From NCBI RefSeq assembly GCF_016127575.1, contig NZ_CP066019.1, forward strand, positions 1,140,001 through 1,172,000: DNA of 32,000 nucleotides. The letters run 5' to 3'. The stretch comes from Cupriavidus necator (GTDB taxonomy: Bacteria > Pseudomonadota > Gammaproteobacteria > Burkholderiales > Burkholderiaceae). Within the stretch, counting starts at the first letter, position 1. Every line of letters starts with the position of its first letter. Positions 24,709 to 32,000 of the stretch are shown here, piece after piece. Under the pieces are notes generated by a model. The model was given only the letters and a program-made list of their open reading frames with translations. It was not told where the DNA came from and did no database searches. The position numbers and the translations under genes are program-made.

Positions 24709-26472
24709 TTACTGCATCTTGTCCAGGTTCCCGATCCGCACCAGCATCTCGGTGAACATCTGCATATCCAGGTTCAGGTCGGCCACTTCCTTGTACTCGC
24801 GCGCGTTGTGCGCAGTGTATTTCTTGCCCGGCATGGCCGGCCCGAAGTTGATGGCATTGGGCATCAGCTTGGCGGTGGTGCTGCCGGCGGTGGAAACCGG
24901 CTTGGCTTCCAGCCCGGTGGTATCGCCAAAGATATTCAGCAGCGTGGACAGCCACGCGCCCTTGGGATCGCGCGCCATCCAGTTGCCCTGGTCGTACTTG
25001 ATTTCGACTGGCCCATGGGTGGCGGCCCAGCCGAAGATGCGCTTGGTGATCTTGCCGCCCAGCTCGTCCGGCGTGCGGCCACGCGGCATGCGCACGTTGG
25101 TGACCACGTCGACGTATTCGCCGCGCTCGCGCACCAGCGTGGGCGACATGGTCAGCGGGCCCATGAACGGGTCCCGGTAGGCCACCTCCATCCTGGTGCC
25201 AAGGTAATCCAGCCCGTACAGGTCGTTCAGGTAGCGGACCGCGTTCAGGTAGTGGTTCTCGGCAAACTGCACGCGGCTGGCCTGCAGGAACAGCGCCAGC
25301 CGCGGCAGCGGGTTGACCCCTTCCTCAGGGCGCGATCCGTGCGCCGAGGCGCCAGTGACCTTCACTTCCACGTCGTTGCCGGCGCGCTTCACGTCGATGG
25401 AGAACTTGCCGCGCGGGGTGTGGCGGCGCAGGAATTCAGCGCGTGCCTGTTCCAGCGCGGCAGCGACGGCGGCAGCATCGCCGCCGGCAATGCGAGCGGT
25501 GGCGGTCTCGGGGATGGCGTTGGCCGAGGCCGCGCCGCGCATGGCAACGATGGCAGGTCCCTTCCGGTCGGACTTGCCTTGCGCGCTCTTGTCGTCCGCC
25601 GCCTTGATGCCGAAGGAAACGGTCAGCGTGCCCGCGCCTTTCTCCGCCACCACCGCGGGGTATTTGCTGTCGAGCACGACGTTGTACTCGGGCAGGGTGG
25701 TGTGCTGGCGGTAGTATTTCATGCCGTCGCCGCCGGTTTCCTCGGTGGTCTCGATCATCAGGCGGATGGTGCGCTCCAGCGGCACGCCGCTTTCCTTGAC
25801 GGTCTTCATGGCATACATGACCGCGGCGATCGAGCCCTTGTCGTCGATGGTGCCGCGCCCGTACAGCATGTCGCCCACGCGCGTCATGCGGAACGGATCC
25901 AGCCTGGTGCCGTCCTCCAGTACCCATTCCTCGGCCACCGCGGGCACCACGTCGGCGTGGGTCAGGATGCCGAAGGTATCCTTGCCGCCGCCGGGCAGCG
26001 TGACCTCGAAGACCCGGTTGTCGACATTGCGGTAGGCCAGCCCGAAGTCGCGCGCCATGGCCTCGATCATCTTGCCGAACTCGATGATGGCGGGGTTCTC
26101 GTGCTGCGGGATTTTCTCGTCGCGCACGGTGCGCAGCGCCACCATCCTGCCGATGGCGTCGATCACCGCGGCCTCATTGCGGACGCGGTTGTAGACGCCC
26201 AGCAGGCGGCCGATATTGACCAGGTTGTCGCCGGCCAGTGGCGACCGGGCCTGCCACGCCGCCACGGCCGGCGCCACGGAAGGCTCGGCCCTGGCCGCGG
26301 CGGCCATGAATGCCTGCAGGTCGGCCTGGGCCGCCGTTCGGGTGCCGGAGACCAGCGCATCCAGCGCCGGTTTCTTCAGGGTTTGCGCCTGCGCGGGGTG
26401 CGCCAGCACCAGCGACAGCGCGAGCATCGGGGCCCATCGGTAGAGAGACGGCAGGCGGCAAGGTCGGGTCAT
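24709..26472 (-). CDS. Secreted M20-family dipeptidase (PepV/Sapep-like metallopeptidase)
   Basis: It shows the M20 signatures HADVVP, GRGTIDDKGS and ETTEETGG. The N-terminus MTRPCRLPSLYRWAPMLALSLVLAHPAQAQ looks like a signal peptide. The start (26472, or 26426) has no clear RBS. The ORF extension to 26871 overlaps the opposite-strand Prx gene and is rejected. Confidence 0.8.
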   Translation of the reverse strand: MTRPCRLPSLYRWAPMLALSLVLAHPAQAQTLKKPALDALVSGTRTAAQADLQAFMAAAARAEPSVAPAVAAWQARSPLAGDNLVNIGRLLGVYNRVRNEAAVIDAIGRMVALRTVRDEKIPQHENPAIIEFGKMIEAMARDFGLAYRNVDNRVFEVTLPGGGKDTFGILTHADVVPAVAEEWVLEDGTRLDPFRMTRVGDMLYGRGTIDDKGSIAAVMYAMKTVKESGVPLERTIRLMIETTEETGGDGMKYYRQHTTLPEYNVVLDSKYPAVVAEKGAGTLTVSFGIKAADDKSAQGKSDRKGPAIVAMRGAASANAIPETATARIAGGDAAAVAAALEQARAEFLRRHTPRGKFSIDVKRAGNDVEVKVTGASAHGSRPEEGVNPLPRLALFLQASRVQFAENHYLNAVRYLNDLYGLDYLGTRMEVAYRDPFMGPLTMSPTLVRERGEYVDVVTNVRMPRGRTPDELGGKITKRIFGWAATHGPVEIKYDQGNWMARDPKGAWLSTLLNIFGDTTGLEAKPVSTAGSTTAKLMPNAINFGPAMPGKKYTAHNAREYKEVADLNLDMQMFTEMLVRIGNLDKMQ

Positions 26473-26731
26473 TGCGGACAAAACGGGAGTCTGAGTGGAT
26501 GCCGCATGATAGGGCACTCGCCGGTATTTGCCGAAAAAATATGCTTTTGCGTGCCCGCGGATGAAGTGCAAGGGCCGGCGCAATAGGGGATGGCCATGCC
26601 GAGTCAATAGCGTAAGGCAATCGTCGTGGTTAAAACGATGAATTGTACAAATCACATCCCGGTCTACAGAATGGGGCCTTCGCTGCAACCCGCAGCCGAA
26701 ACCAACCCGATCCAGACCAAGGAGTGAACTG

Positions 26732-27463
26732 ATGCTGCAATCCCGTGAAGGCCAACGCGTTCCCAATGTCGCTTTCCGCATGCGTGAAGACAACGAGTGG
26801 AAGACCGTCACCACCGGCGAGCTGTTCAACGGCAAGACCGTGGTCGTGTTCTCGCTGCCGGGCGCCTTCACGCCGACCTGCTCGTCGACCCACCTGCCGC
26901 GCTACAACGAGCTGGCCCCGGTGTTCGCGAAGCACGGCGTGGACGACATCCTGTGCGTGTCCGTCAACGACACCTTCGTGATGAACGAATGGGCCAAGGA
27001 CCAGGAGTCCGAGAACATCACCATGATCCCCGACGGCAACGGTGAATTCACCGAAGGCATGGGCATGCTGGTGGACAAGGCCGACCTGGGCTTCGGCAAG
27101 CGCAGCTGGCGCTATTCGATGCTGGTCAAGGACGGCGTGGTGCAGAAGATGTTCATCGAACCGCAAGAGCCGGGCGACCCGTTCAAGGTGTCCGACGCCG
27201 ACACCATGCTGGCCCATATCGCCCCGGACGCGCGCAAGCCGGACCAGGTGGTGGTGTTCTCCAAGGTCGGCTGCTCGTTCTGCGCCAAGGCCAAGCAACT
27301 GCTTGACGACAACGGCTTCGACTATATCGACGTGCCGCTGGACAACAAGGTGCGCGGCAAGGTGCTGGGCGCCGTGTCGGGCGAGATGACCGCACCGCAG
27401 GTCTTTATCAACGGCAAGCTCATCGGCGGCGCCGAGGCGCTGCAGCAGTACCTGGGCAAGTAA
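26732..27463 (+). CDS. Hybrid peroxiredoxin (Prx5-type) / glutaredoxin
   Basis: The N-terminal domain shows [12 protein letters not shown] (peroxidatic Cys) and [10 protein letters not shown]. The C-terminal Grx domain shows [19 protein letters not shown]...[20 protein letters not shown] lies 8 nt upstream. Confidence 0.9.
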   Translation: MLQSREGQRVPNVAFRMREDNEWKTVTTGELFNGKTVVVFSLPGAFTPTCSSTHLPRYNELAPVFAKHGVDDILCVSVNDTFVMNEWAKDQESENITMIPDGNGEFTEGMGMLVDKADLGFGKRSWRYSMLVKDGVVQKMFIEPQEPGDPFKVSDADTMLAHIAPDARKPDQVVVFSKVGCSFCAKAKQLLDDNGFDYIDVPLDNKVRGKVLGAVSGEMTAPQVFINGKLIGGAEALQQYLGK

Positions 27464-27601
27464 GCCGATTCTCCCTTCATCCCGCACCCGGGGACCGGCA
27501 GTCGCCGGACCCGATGGGGTCGCCTTGCCCGGCATGGCGGCCCCATCCAGCCCGCTGATTGACACCAGCTTGACGCCATCAAGACAAAGGAATTGACCGC
27601 C

Positions 27602-28993
27602 ATGACCACCATCCAGACCGACGTCGCCGTGATCGGCGCAGGCACCGCCGGCCTTGCCGCCTACCGTGCCGCGATTGCCGCGGGCAAGCGCGCCGTGATC
27701 ATCGAAGGCGGCCCGTACGGCACCACCTGCGCCCGGGTGGGCTGCATGCCCTCCAAGCTGCTGATCGCTGCCGCCGAGGCCGCGCACGAACTGCGCCACA
27801 CTGCGCCGTTCGGCGTGCACGTGGATGGCGAGGTCCGCATCGATGGCCGCGAGGTGATGGCCCGCGTGCGCAGCGAGCGCGACCGCTTTGTCGGCTTCGT
27901 GGTGCGCGGCGTGGAGAACATCCCCGAAGCCGACCGCGTCCGCGGCTATGCCCGCTTTATCGACAACACCACGCTGGAAGTGGATGGGCACACCACCGTG
28001 CGTGCCAGCCGCGTGGTCATTGCCACCGGCTCCACGCCGATGCTGCCGGCGCCGTTCCAGGTGTTCGGCGACCGCCTGATCGTCAATGACGATGTGTTCG
28101 CTTGGGAAGACCTGCCCGCCAGCGTGGTGGCGTTCGGCCCCGGCGTGATCGGGCTGGAGCTTGGCCAGGCCTTGTCGCGCCTTGGCGTGCGGGTGCGCGT
28201 GTTCGGCGTCAGCGGCTCGCTCGGGCCGCTGACTGATCCCGTGATCCGCGCCTACGCGGCGAAGACCTTCAACGGCGAGTTCTATCTCGATCCGGACGCC
28301 AGGGTGACCGACATGGCCCGCGACGGCGACCAGGTGGTGGTGACTTACCTGGACCGCGAAGGCCGCAGCGTGACCGAGCGCTTCGACTATGCGCTGGTCG
28401 CCACCGGCCGCGTGCCCAATGTGCGCGGCCTGGGCCTGGAAAATGCCGGCCTGGCGCTGGATGCGCGCGGCGTGCCGCTGTTCGATGCGCGCACGCTCCA
28501 GTGCGGCAATGCACCGGTATTCATTGCCGGCGACGCCAACAACATCCTGCCGCTGCTGCATGAGGCCGCGGACGAGGGCAAGGCCGCGGGCGAGAACGCC
28601 GCCAGCTATCCGCAAGTGAAGCCGCTGGCACGGCGCGCGCCGATCGCGGTGGTGTTCACGGACCCGCAGATCGCGATGGTCGGCCAGCGTTACGCCGACC
28701 TGGCCGAAGGCACGTTCGTGACCGGCGAGGTCAGCTTCGAGGACCAGGGCCGCAGCCGCGTGATGCTGAAGAACCGCGGCCTGATGCATGTCTATGCCGA
28801 CAAGGCCACGGGCCGCTTCCTGGGCGCGGAATGGACCGGCCCGCGTGCCGAGAACATCGCCCACCTGCTGGCGTGGTCGTACCAGCAGGGCCTGACCATC
28901 GGGCAGATGCTGGGCATGCCTTTCTACCACCCGGTGGTGGAAGAGGGCCTGCGTACGGCGCTGCGTGATGCGGAGGCGAAGCTGGAGGCCTGA
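27602..28993 (+). CDS. Class I pyridine nucleotide-disulfide oxidoreductase (dihydrolipoyl dehydrogenase family)
   Basis: It shows VAVIGAGTAGLAAY (FAD), the redox disulfide GTTCARVGCMPSK, VAFGPGVIGLELGQA (NAD(P)) and a C-terminal HPVVEE His-Glu pair. I prefer ATG 27602 (AAAGGAA upstream) over TTG 27593. Confidence 0.85.
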   Translation: MTTIQTDVAVIGAGTAGLAAYRAAIAAGKRAVIIEGGPYGTTCARVGCMPSKLLIAAAEAAHELRHTAPFGVHVDGEVRIDGREVMARVRSERDRFVGFVVRGVENIPEADRVRGYARFIDNTTLEVDGHTTVRASRVVIATGSTPMLPAPFQVFGDRLIVNDDVFAWEDLPASVVAFGPGVIGLELGQALSRLGVRVRVFGVSGSLGPLTDPVIRAYAAKTFNGEFYLDPDARVTDMARDGDQVVVTYLDREGRSVTERFDYALVATGRVPNVRGLGLENAGLALDARGVPLFDARTLQCGNAPVFIAGDANNILPLLHEAADEGKAAGENAASYPQVKPLARRAPIAVVFTDPQIAMVGQRYADLAEGTFVTGEVSFEDQGRSRVMLKNRGLMHVYADKATGRFLGAEWTGPRAENIAHLLAWSYQQGLTIGQMLGMPFYHPVVEEGLRTALRDAEAKLEA

Positions 28994-29004
28994 GCGGGCC
29001 AGGT

Positions 29005-29033
29005 TTGCTAGACAGGTCTGTCTGTCATAGTAT
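29005..29033 (+). promoter_or_regulatory. Autoregulated TetR promoter: TTGCTA-17-TAGTAT with the operator in the spacer
   Basis: AGACAGGTCTGTCT lies at 29010-29023 (6-bp arms, 2-bp centre). The -35 is TTGCTA (29005-29010) and the -10 is TAGTAT (29028-29033). The site is ~70 nt upstream of ATG 29104. Confidence 0.55.
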
Positions 29034-29103
29034 CGACCTATAGAGAGGCAGGGCGGCGCAGGGCGCTGTCCGGCCGCGCACCTTTACCGACTACGCCGCC
29101 ACC

Positions 29104-29652
29104 ATGGCCACGCCTTCCGCCCGCGACCGCATCCTCGACACCGCTGCCCGCCTGTTCTACCAGGGGGGCTACCGCGCCACCGGCATCGACAAGATCATTG
29201 CCGAATCCGGCGTCGCCAAGATGTCGCTCTACCGCCATTTCGCCTCCAAGAACGAGTTGATTTCGGCGTTCCTGGACCGCCGCCATGACGAGTGGATGAC
29301 GTGGTTCCGGCAGGACGTGGAAGCCCGGCTGGCCGCGCGCCCGCACCTGGACGTGATTGCCGACGCGCTGGCGGACTGGTTCGGCCGAGACTTCCGTGGC
29401 TGCGCCTTTATCAACGTGGTGGCCGAGGCGGGCGGCGACGCGCGCGCGGCCGAACAGGCCGCGGCGCACAAGGCCGAGTTGGCCGCATTCGTCGCCGACA
29501 TCGCCACGCGCCTGGGCCTGGACCAGCCGCAAGCGGTGGCCGAGGAAGCGATGCTGTGCATCGAAGGCATGATCGTGCGCTACCAGATGCAGCCGGATGC
29601 GGCGGTGATCGAGGCGGGGCGGCGGTTGCTGGGCCGGCTGCAGGCCGGCTGA
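29104..29652 (+). CDS. TetR/AcrR family transcriptional regulator
   Basis: 182 aa with RDRILDTAARLFYQGGYRATGIDKIIAESGVAKMSLYRHFASKNELI, a TetR HTH. Confidence 0.88.
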   Translation: MATPSARDRILDTAARLFYQGGYRATGIDKIIAESGVAKMSLYRHFASKNELISAFLDRRHDEWMTWFRQDVEARLAARPHLDVIADALADWFGRDFRGCAFINVVAEAGGDARAAEQAAAHKAELAAFVADIATRLGLDQPQAVAEEAMLCIEGMIVRYQMQPDAAVIEAGRRLLGRLQAG

Positions 29653-29773
29653 TTGGCTTGGGGGGCTGGCCACTGAGGCCGGGGACTGCCCAACACTTCC
29701 TTCGTCTGGCTTAGCGCCGAGGCAGCATCCGGTGCGAATAGAAAATGTCTCGCTTCTGACACATTCAGGCTAC

Positions 29774-29817
29774 AATTCTGTTGTAATTACGAATTATTCG
29801 CATTCGTAATCAGAATT
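29774..29817. promoter_or_regulatory. Fur-box-like AT-rich nested palindromes upstream of the TonB-dependent receptor
   Basis: ATTACGAAT (29786-29794) pairs with ATTCGTAAT (29802-29810), and AATTCTG (29774-29780) pairs with CAGAATT (29811-29817). CGAATTATTCG (29790-29800) is itself palindromic. The region is 53-96 nt upstream of ATG 29870 and AT-rich in a GC-rich genome. Confidence 0.5.
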
Positions 29818-29869
29818 TTCCACTTGCCACGCCGCGCCTGCGGGGTAGCTACCTTCCGATCCCTGAGTG

Positions 29870-32000
29870 ATGTATTTCCACCCGACCAAGCAGGCAAAGC
29901 CGCGCTTTGCCCGCCCCGCGCTTGTCACCCCGCGCGGCCTTTCGCTGACCACCCTTGTATTGAGCCTGCAGGCCGGTGGCGTGTTTGCCCAATCCGGCGA
30001 AGTGCCTGCGCCGGCAACGGCCAGTGCCGCGGCAGAACTGCCGGCCGTCACGATCCGCGCCGGCAGCGACGACGAAACCGCCACCGGCCCGGTTCATGGC
30101 TTCGTGGCAAAACGCAGCGCCACCGCCACCAAGACCGACACCCCGGTGATGGAGACGCCCCAGTCGATCACCGTCATCACGCGCGACCGGATGGAGGCGC
30201 AAGGCGCGCAGAGCGTGCAGCAGGCCATCGGCTACAGCGCCGGCGTCTATGCCGGGCCGTTCGGCAACGACGCCCGCGGCGACTGGGGCCGGTTCCGGGG
30301 CACCGAGTTCACGCAGTACCGCGACGGCCTGCTGAACCAGGTCGGCTTCTACAACAACGTGCGGCCCGATGTTTACGCGCTGGAACGCATCGACGTGCTG
30401 CGCGGGCCGTCGTCGATGCTGTTCGGGCAGGGCGCGGTCGGCGGCATCCTGAACCTGGTCAGCAAACGCCCGCAGGCTGAGGCGGCGCGCGAGATCGGGG
30501 TGCAGTTCGGCAACTACAACCGCAAGCAGGTGCAGGCCGACCTGACCGGCCCGCTCGATGCGGACGGCAAGTGGCTGTACCGGCTGGTGGCGCTGGCGCG
30601 CGACAGCGACACGCAGGTGGACTACGTCAAGGACAACCGCTACCTGATCGCGCCTTCGCTGACGTGGCGCCCGAGCCAGGACACCTCGCTCACGCTGCTG
30701 GCCAACTTCCAGCGCGATGAAAGCGGGACCTCGGTCGGCTTCTTCCCCTGGCGGGGCACGCTGCAGGCCAACCCGGCCGGCCAGATCCCCGATCACCTGT
30801 TTATCAGCGAGCCCGGCTTCGACCGCTACAACGCCGAGCAGGCGTCGGTGGGCTATGAGTTCCAGCACAAGTTCAACGACACCGTGACGGTGCGGCAGAA
30901 CCTGCGCTATTCGCACAGCACGGTGGACTACCGCAGCATCTACGCGGCCGGTTTTAACGGCGCCGGCCACGGTTGGGTGCCGGGCAGCGATACGCTGATG
31001 CGCCGCACGGTCTACCTGAACCAGCCCACGCTGAACTCGTTCGCGGTCGATACCCAGGCGCAGACCAACTTCCGCACCGGCCCGGTCCAGCACACGCTGC
31101 TGACCGGCGTCGACTACCAGCACTCAGAGATCACGGGGCGCGCCGGGGTGGGGGGCACGGCCGCGCCGCTCAATGTGTTCAACCCGGTCTACGGCAATTT
31201 CACCCTGCCGGGCACGCGCGACCTGAACCCCGCCACGCAGGCGCAGACCGGCCTGTACGTGCAGGATCAGCTGTCGTGGAACAAGTGGCTGCTGATGCTG
31301 GGGCTGCGCTATGACTGGTCGCGCGCCGCGCAGGACAACACGCCCTCGGCCAGCCGCGACGACAGCGAGCTTACCAAGCGTGCTGGCCTGATGTACCGCT
31401 CGGACATCGGCCTCAACCCGTACGTCAGCTATTCCGAGTCGTTCCAGGGGCTGGCCGGCTTCAACAAGGCCAACCAGGCTTTCAAGCCGCTGCGCGGTTC
31501 GCAGTGGGAGGCGGGGATCAAGTACCAGCCGCCGGGCAAGAACGCCACGCTGACCATTGCCGCATTCGATATGCGCGAGAAGAACCGCAAGACCGCCGGC
31601 GTGGTCAACGGCATTCCCGATTCAGTCCAGGTGGGCGAGGCACGTACGCGCGGCATCGAGGTTGAGGCACTGGCCTCGCTGTCCAGCCGGCTGGACCTGA
31701 TCGCAACCTATACCTACCTGGATGCGCGCGTGATCGACGGCACGCCGGCCGAGGTGGGCAAGAAGCTGGCGAGCACGCCGTCGAACATGGCGTCGCTGTG
31801 GGCCAACTATCGCTTCAAGCTGTTTGGCGTGCCGGGCTTTGTCGCCGGCGGCGGGGTGCGCTATGTCGGTCCCAGCTATGACGGTGCCGACCAGAACCGG
31901 GTGGGCGGCGTCACGCTCTACGACGCGATGATTGCCTATGACCACGGCCCGCTGCGCGTCTCGCTGAATGCCAGCAACCTGTTCGACAAGCAATTCCTGA
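29870..32000 (+). CDS. TonB-dependent siderophore receptor (3' end beyond the window)
   Basis: This frame is open from ATG 29870 to the window end and is not in the ORF track because it has no stop. The signal peptide is ...LSLQAGGVFAQ. The plug domain reads TDTPVMETPQSITVITRDRMEAQGAQSVQQAIGYSAGV and RIDVLRGPSSMLFGQGAVGGILNLVSKRP. Barrel strands include GIEVEA and LFDKQFL. Confidence 0.88.
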   Translation, partial: MYFHPTKQAKPRFARPALVTPRGLSLTTLVLSLQAGGVFAQSGEVPAPATASAAAELPAVTIRAGSDDETATGPVHGFVAKRSATATKTDTPVMETPQSITVITRDRMEAQGAQSVQQAIGYSAGVYAGPFGNDARGDWGRFRGTEFTQYRDGLLNQVGFYNNVRPDVYALERIDVLRGPSSMLFGQGAVGGILNLVSKRPQAEAAREIGVQFGNYNRKQVQADLTGPLDADGKWLYRLVALARDSDTQVDYVKDNRYLIAPSLTWRPSQDTSLTLLANFQRDESGTSVGFFPWRGTLQANPAGQIPDHLFISEPGFDRYNAEQASVGYEFQHKFNDTVTVRQNLRYSHSTVDYRSIYAAGFNGAGHGWVPGSDTLMRRTVYLNQPTLNSFAVDTQAQTNFRTGPVQHTLLTGVDYQHSEITGRAGVGGTAAPLNVFNPVYGNFTLPGTRDLNPATQAQTGLYVQDQLSWNKWLLMLGLRYDWSRAAQDNTPSASRDDSELTKRAGLMYRSDIGLNPYVSYSESFQGLAGFNKANQAFKPLRGSQWEAGIKYQPPGKNATLTIAAFDMREKNRKTAGVVNGIPDSVQVGEARTRGIEVEALASLSSRLDLIATYTYLDARVIDGTPAEVGKKLASTPSNMASLWANYRFKLFGVPGFVAGGGVRYVGPSYDGADQNRVGGVTLYDAMIAYDHGPLRVSLNASNLFDKQFL

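Noticed and set aside
26473-26731. A possible OxyR site (ATAG...TAT words around 26508-26530) and the TTGTACAA palindrome (~26643-26650) in the dipeptidase / Prx-Grx divergent region.
   Set aside because: The spacing does not fit the ATAGnt-N7-anCTAT tetrad arrangement, and the palindrome is only 8 bp. This is too weak to call without a scoring matrix or conservation data.
1-32000. A search by eye for tRNA/rRNA genes, CRISPR repeat-spacer arrays, IS elements, integrases, phage genes and toxin-antitoxin pairs.
   Set aside because: I saw no regularly spaced direct repeats, no transposase/integrase/recombinase-like translations, and no cloverleaf-like or rRNA-like segments. A tRNAscan/Infernal/ISfinder run would be the decisive check. 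Absence by eye is not proof.

Overview
High-GC Burkholderiales-type chromosomal DNA. The Bug/TctC binding protein, beta-proteobacterial porin and GGGGAGAGG-type REP hairpin suggest a Cupriavidus/Ralstonia-like source; that is my inference, not a database result. I support 26 protein-coding genes (two cut by the window edges), two fragments of a decayed xanthine-dehydrogenase-family operon, several hairpin terminator/REP structures and several operator-like palindromes. I recognised no rRNA, tRNA, CRISPR array, transposase, integrase or phage gene. Order left to right: SDR, DAHP synthase, porin, Bug binding protein, MipA, decayed 2Fe-2S/Mo-subunit remnants, hppD-aroP-tyrB operon with a divergent Lrp/AsnC regulator, a hybrid sensor kinase divergent from a NarL/BvgA-type response regulator followed by a pseudo-receiver-HPt protein and an orphan membrane protein, patatin-like lipase + TetR, YceH, a cNMP-binding/TrxR-like flavoprotein, an ada operon (2OG-Fe oxygenase + Ada), DUF1348, a secreted M20 dipeptidase, a Prx5-Grx hybrid + Lpd-like disulfide reductase, a second TetR, and a Fur-box-like site with a TonB-dependent receptor. 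I did not find a clear novel multi-gene defence or mobile system. The items most worth follow-up are: (1) one 14-bp palindrome shared by the TetR promoter at ~29.0 kb and the DUF1348 promoter at ~24.0 kb; (2) an Ada protein with an intact MGMT site but only one of the four Zn-ligand cysteines of the N-terminal methylphosphotriester sensor; (3) a split BvgS-like phosphorelay with a pseudo-receiver-HPt protein and a repeat-rich 505-bp control region; (4) a cNMP-sensor/TrxR-like fusion lacking the CxxC redox motif; (5) a collapsed molybdoenzyme operon; (6) a perfect 25-bp inverted repeat enclosing two nested hairpins. The many very long ORFs antisense to real genes are treated as high-GC artefacts.
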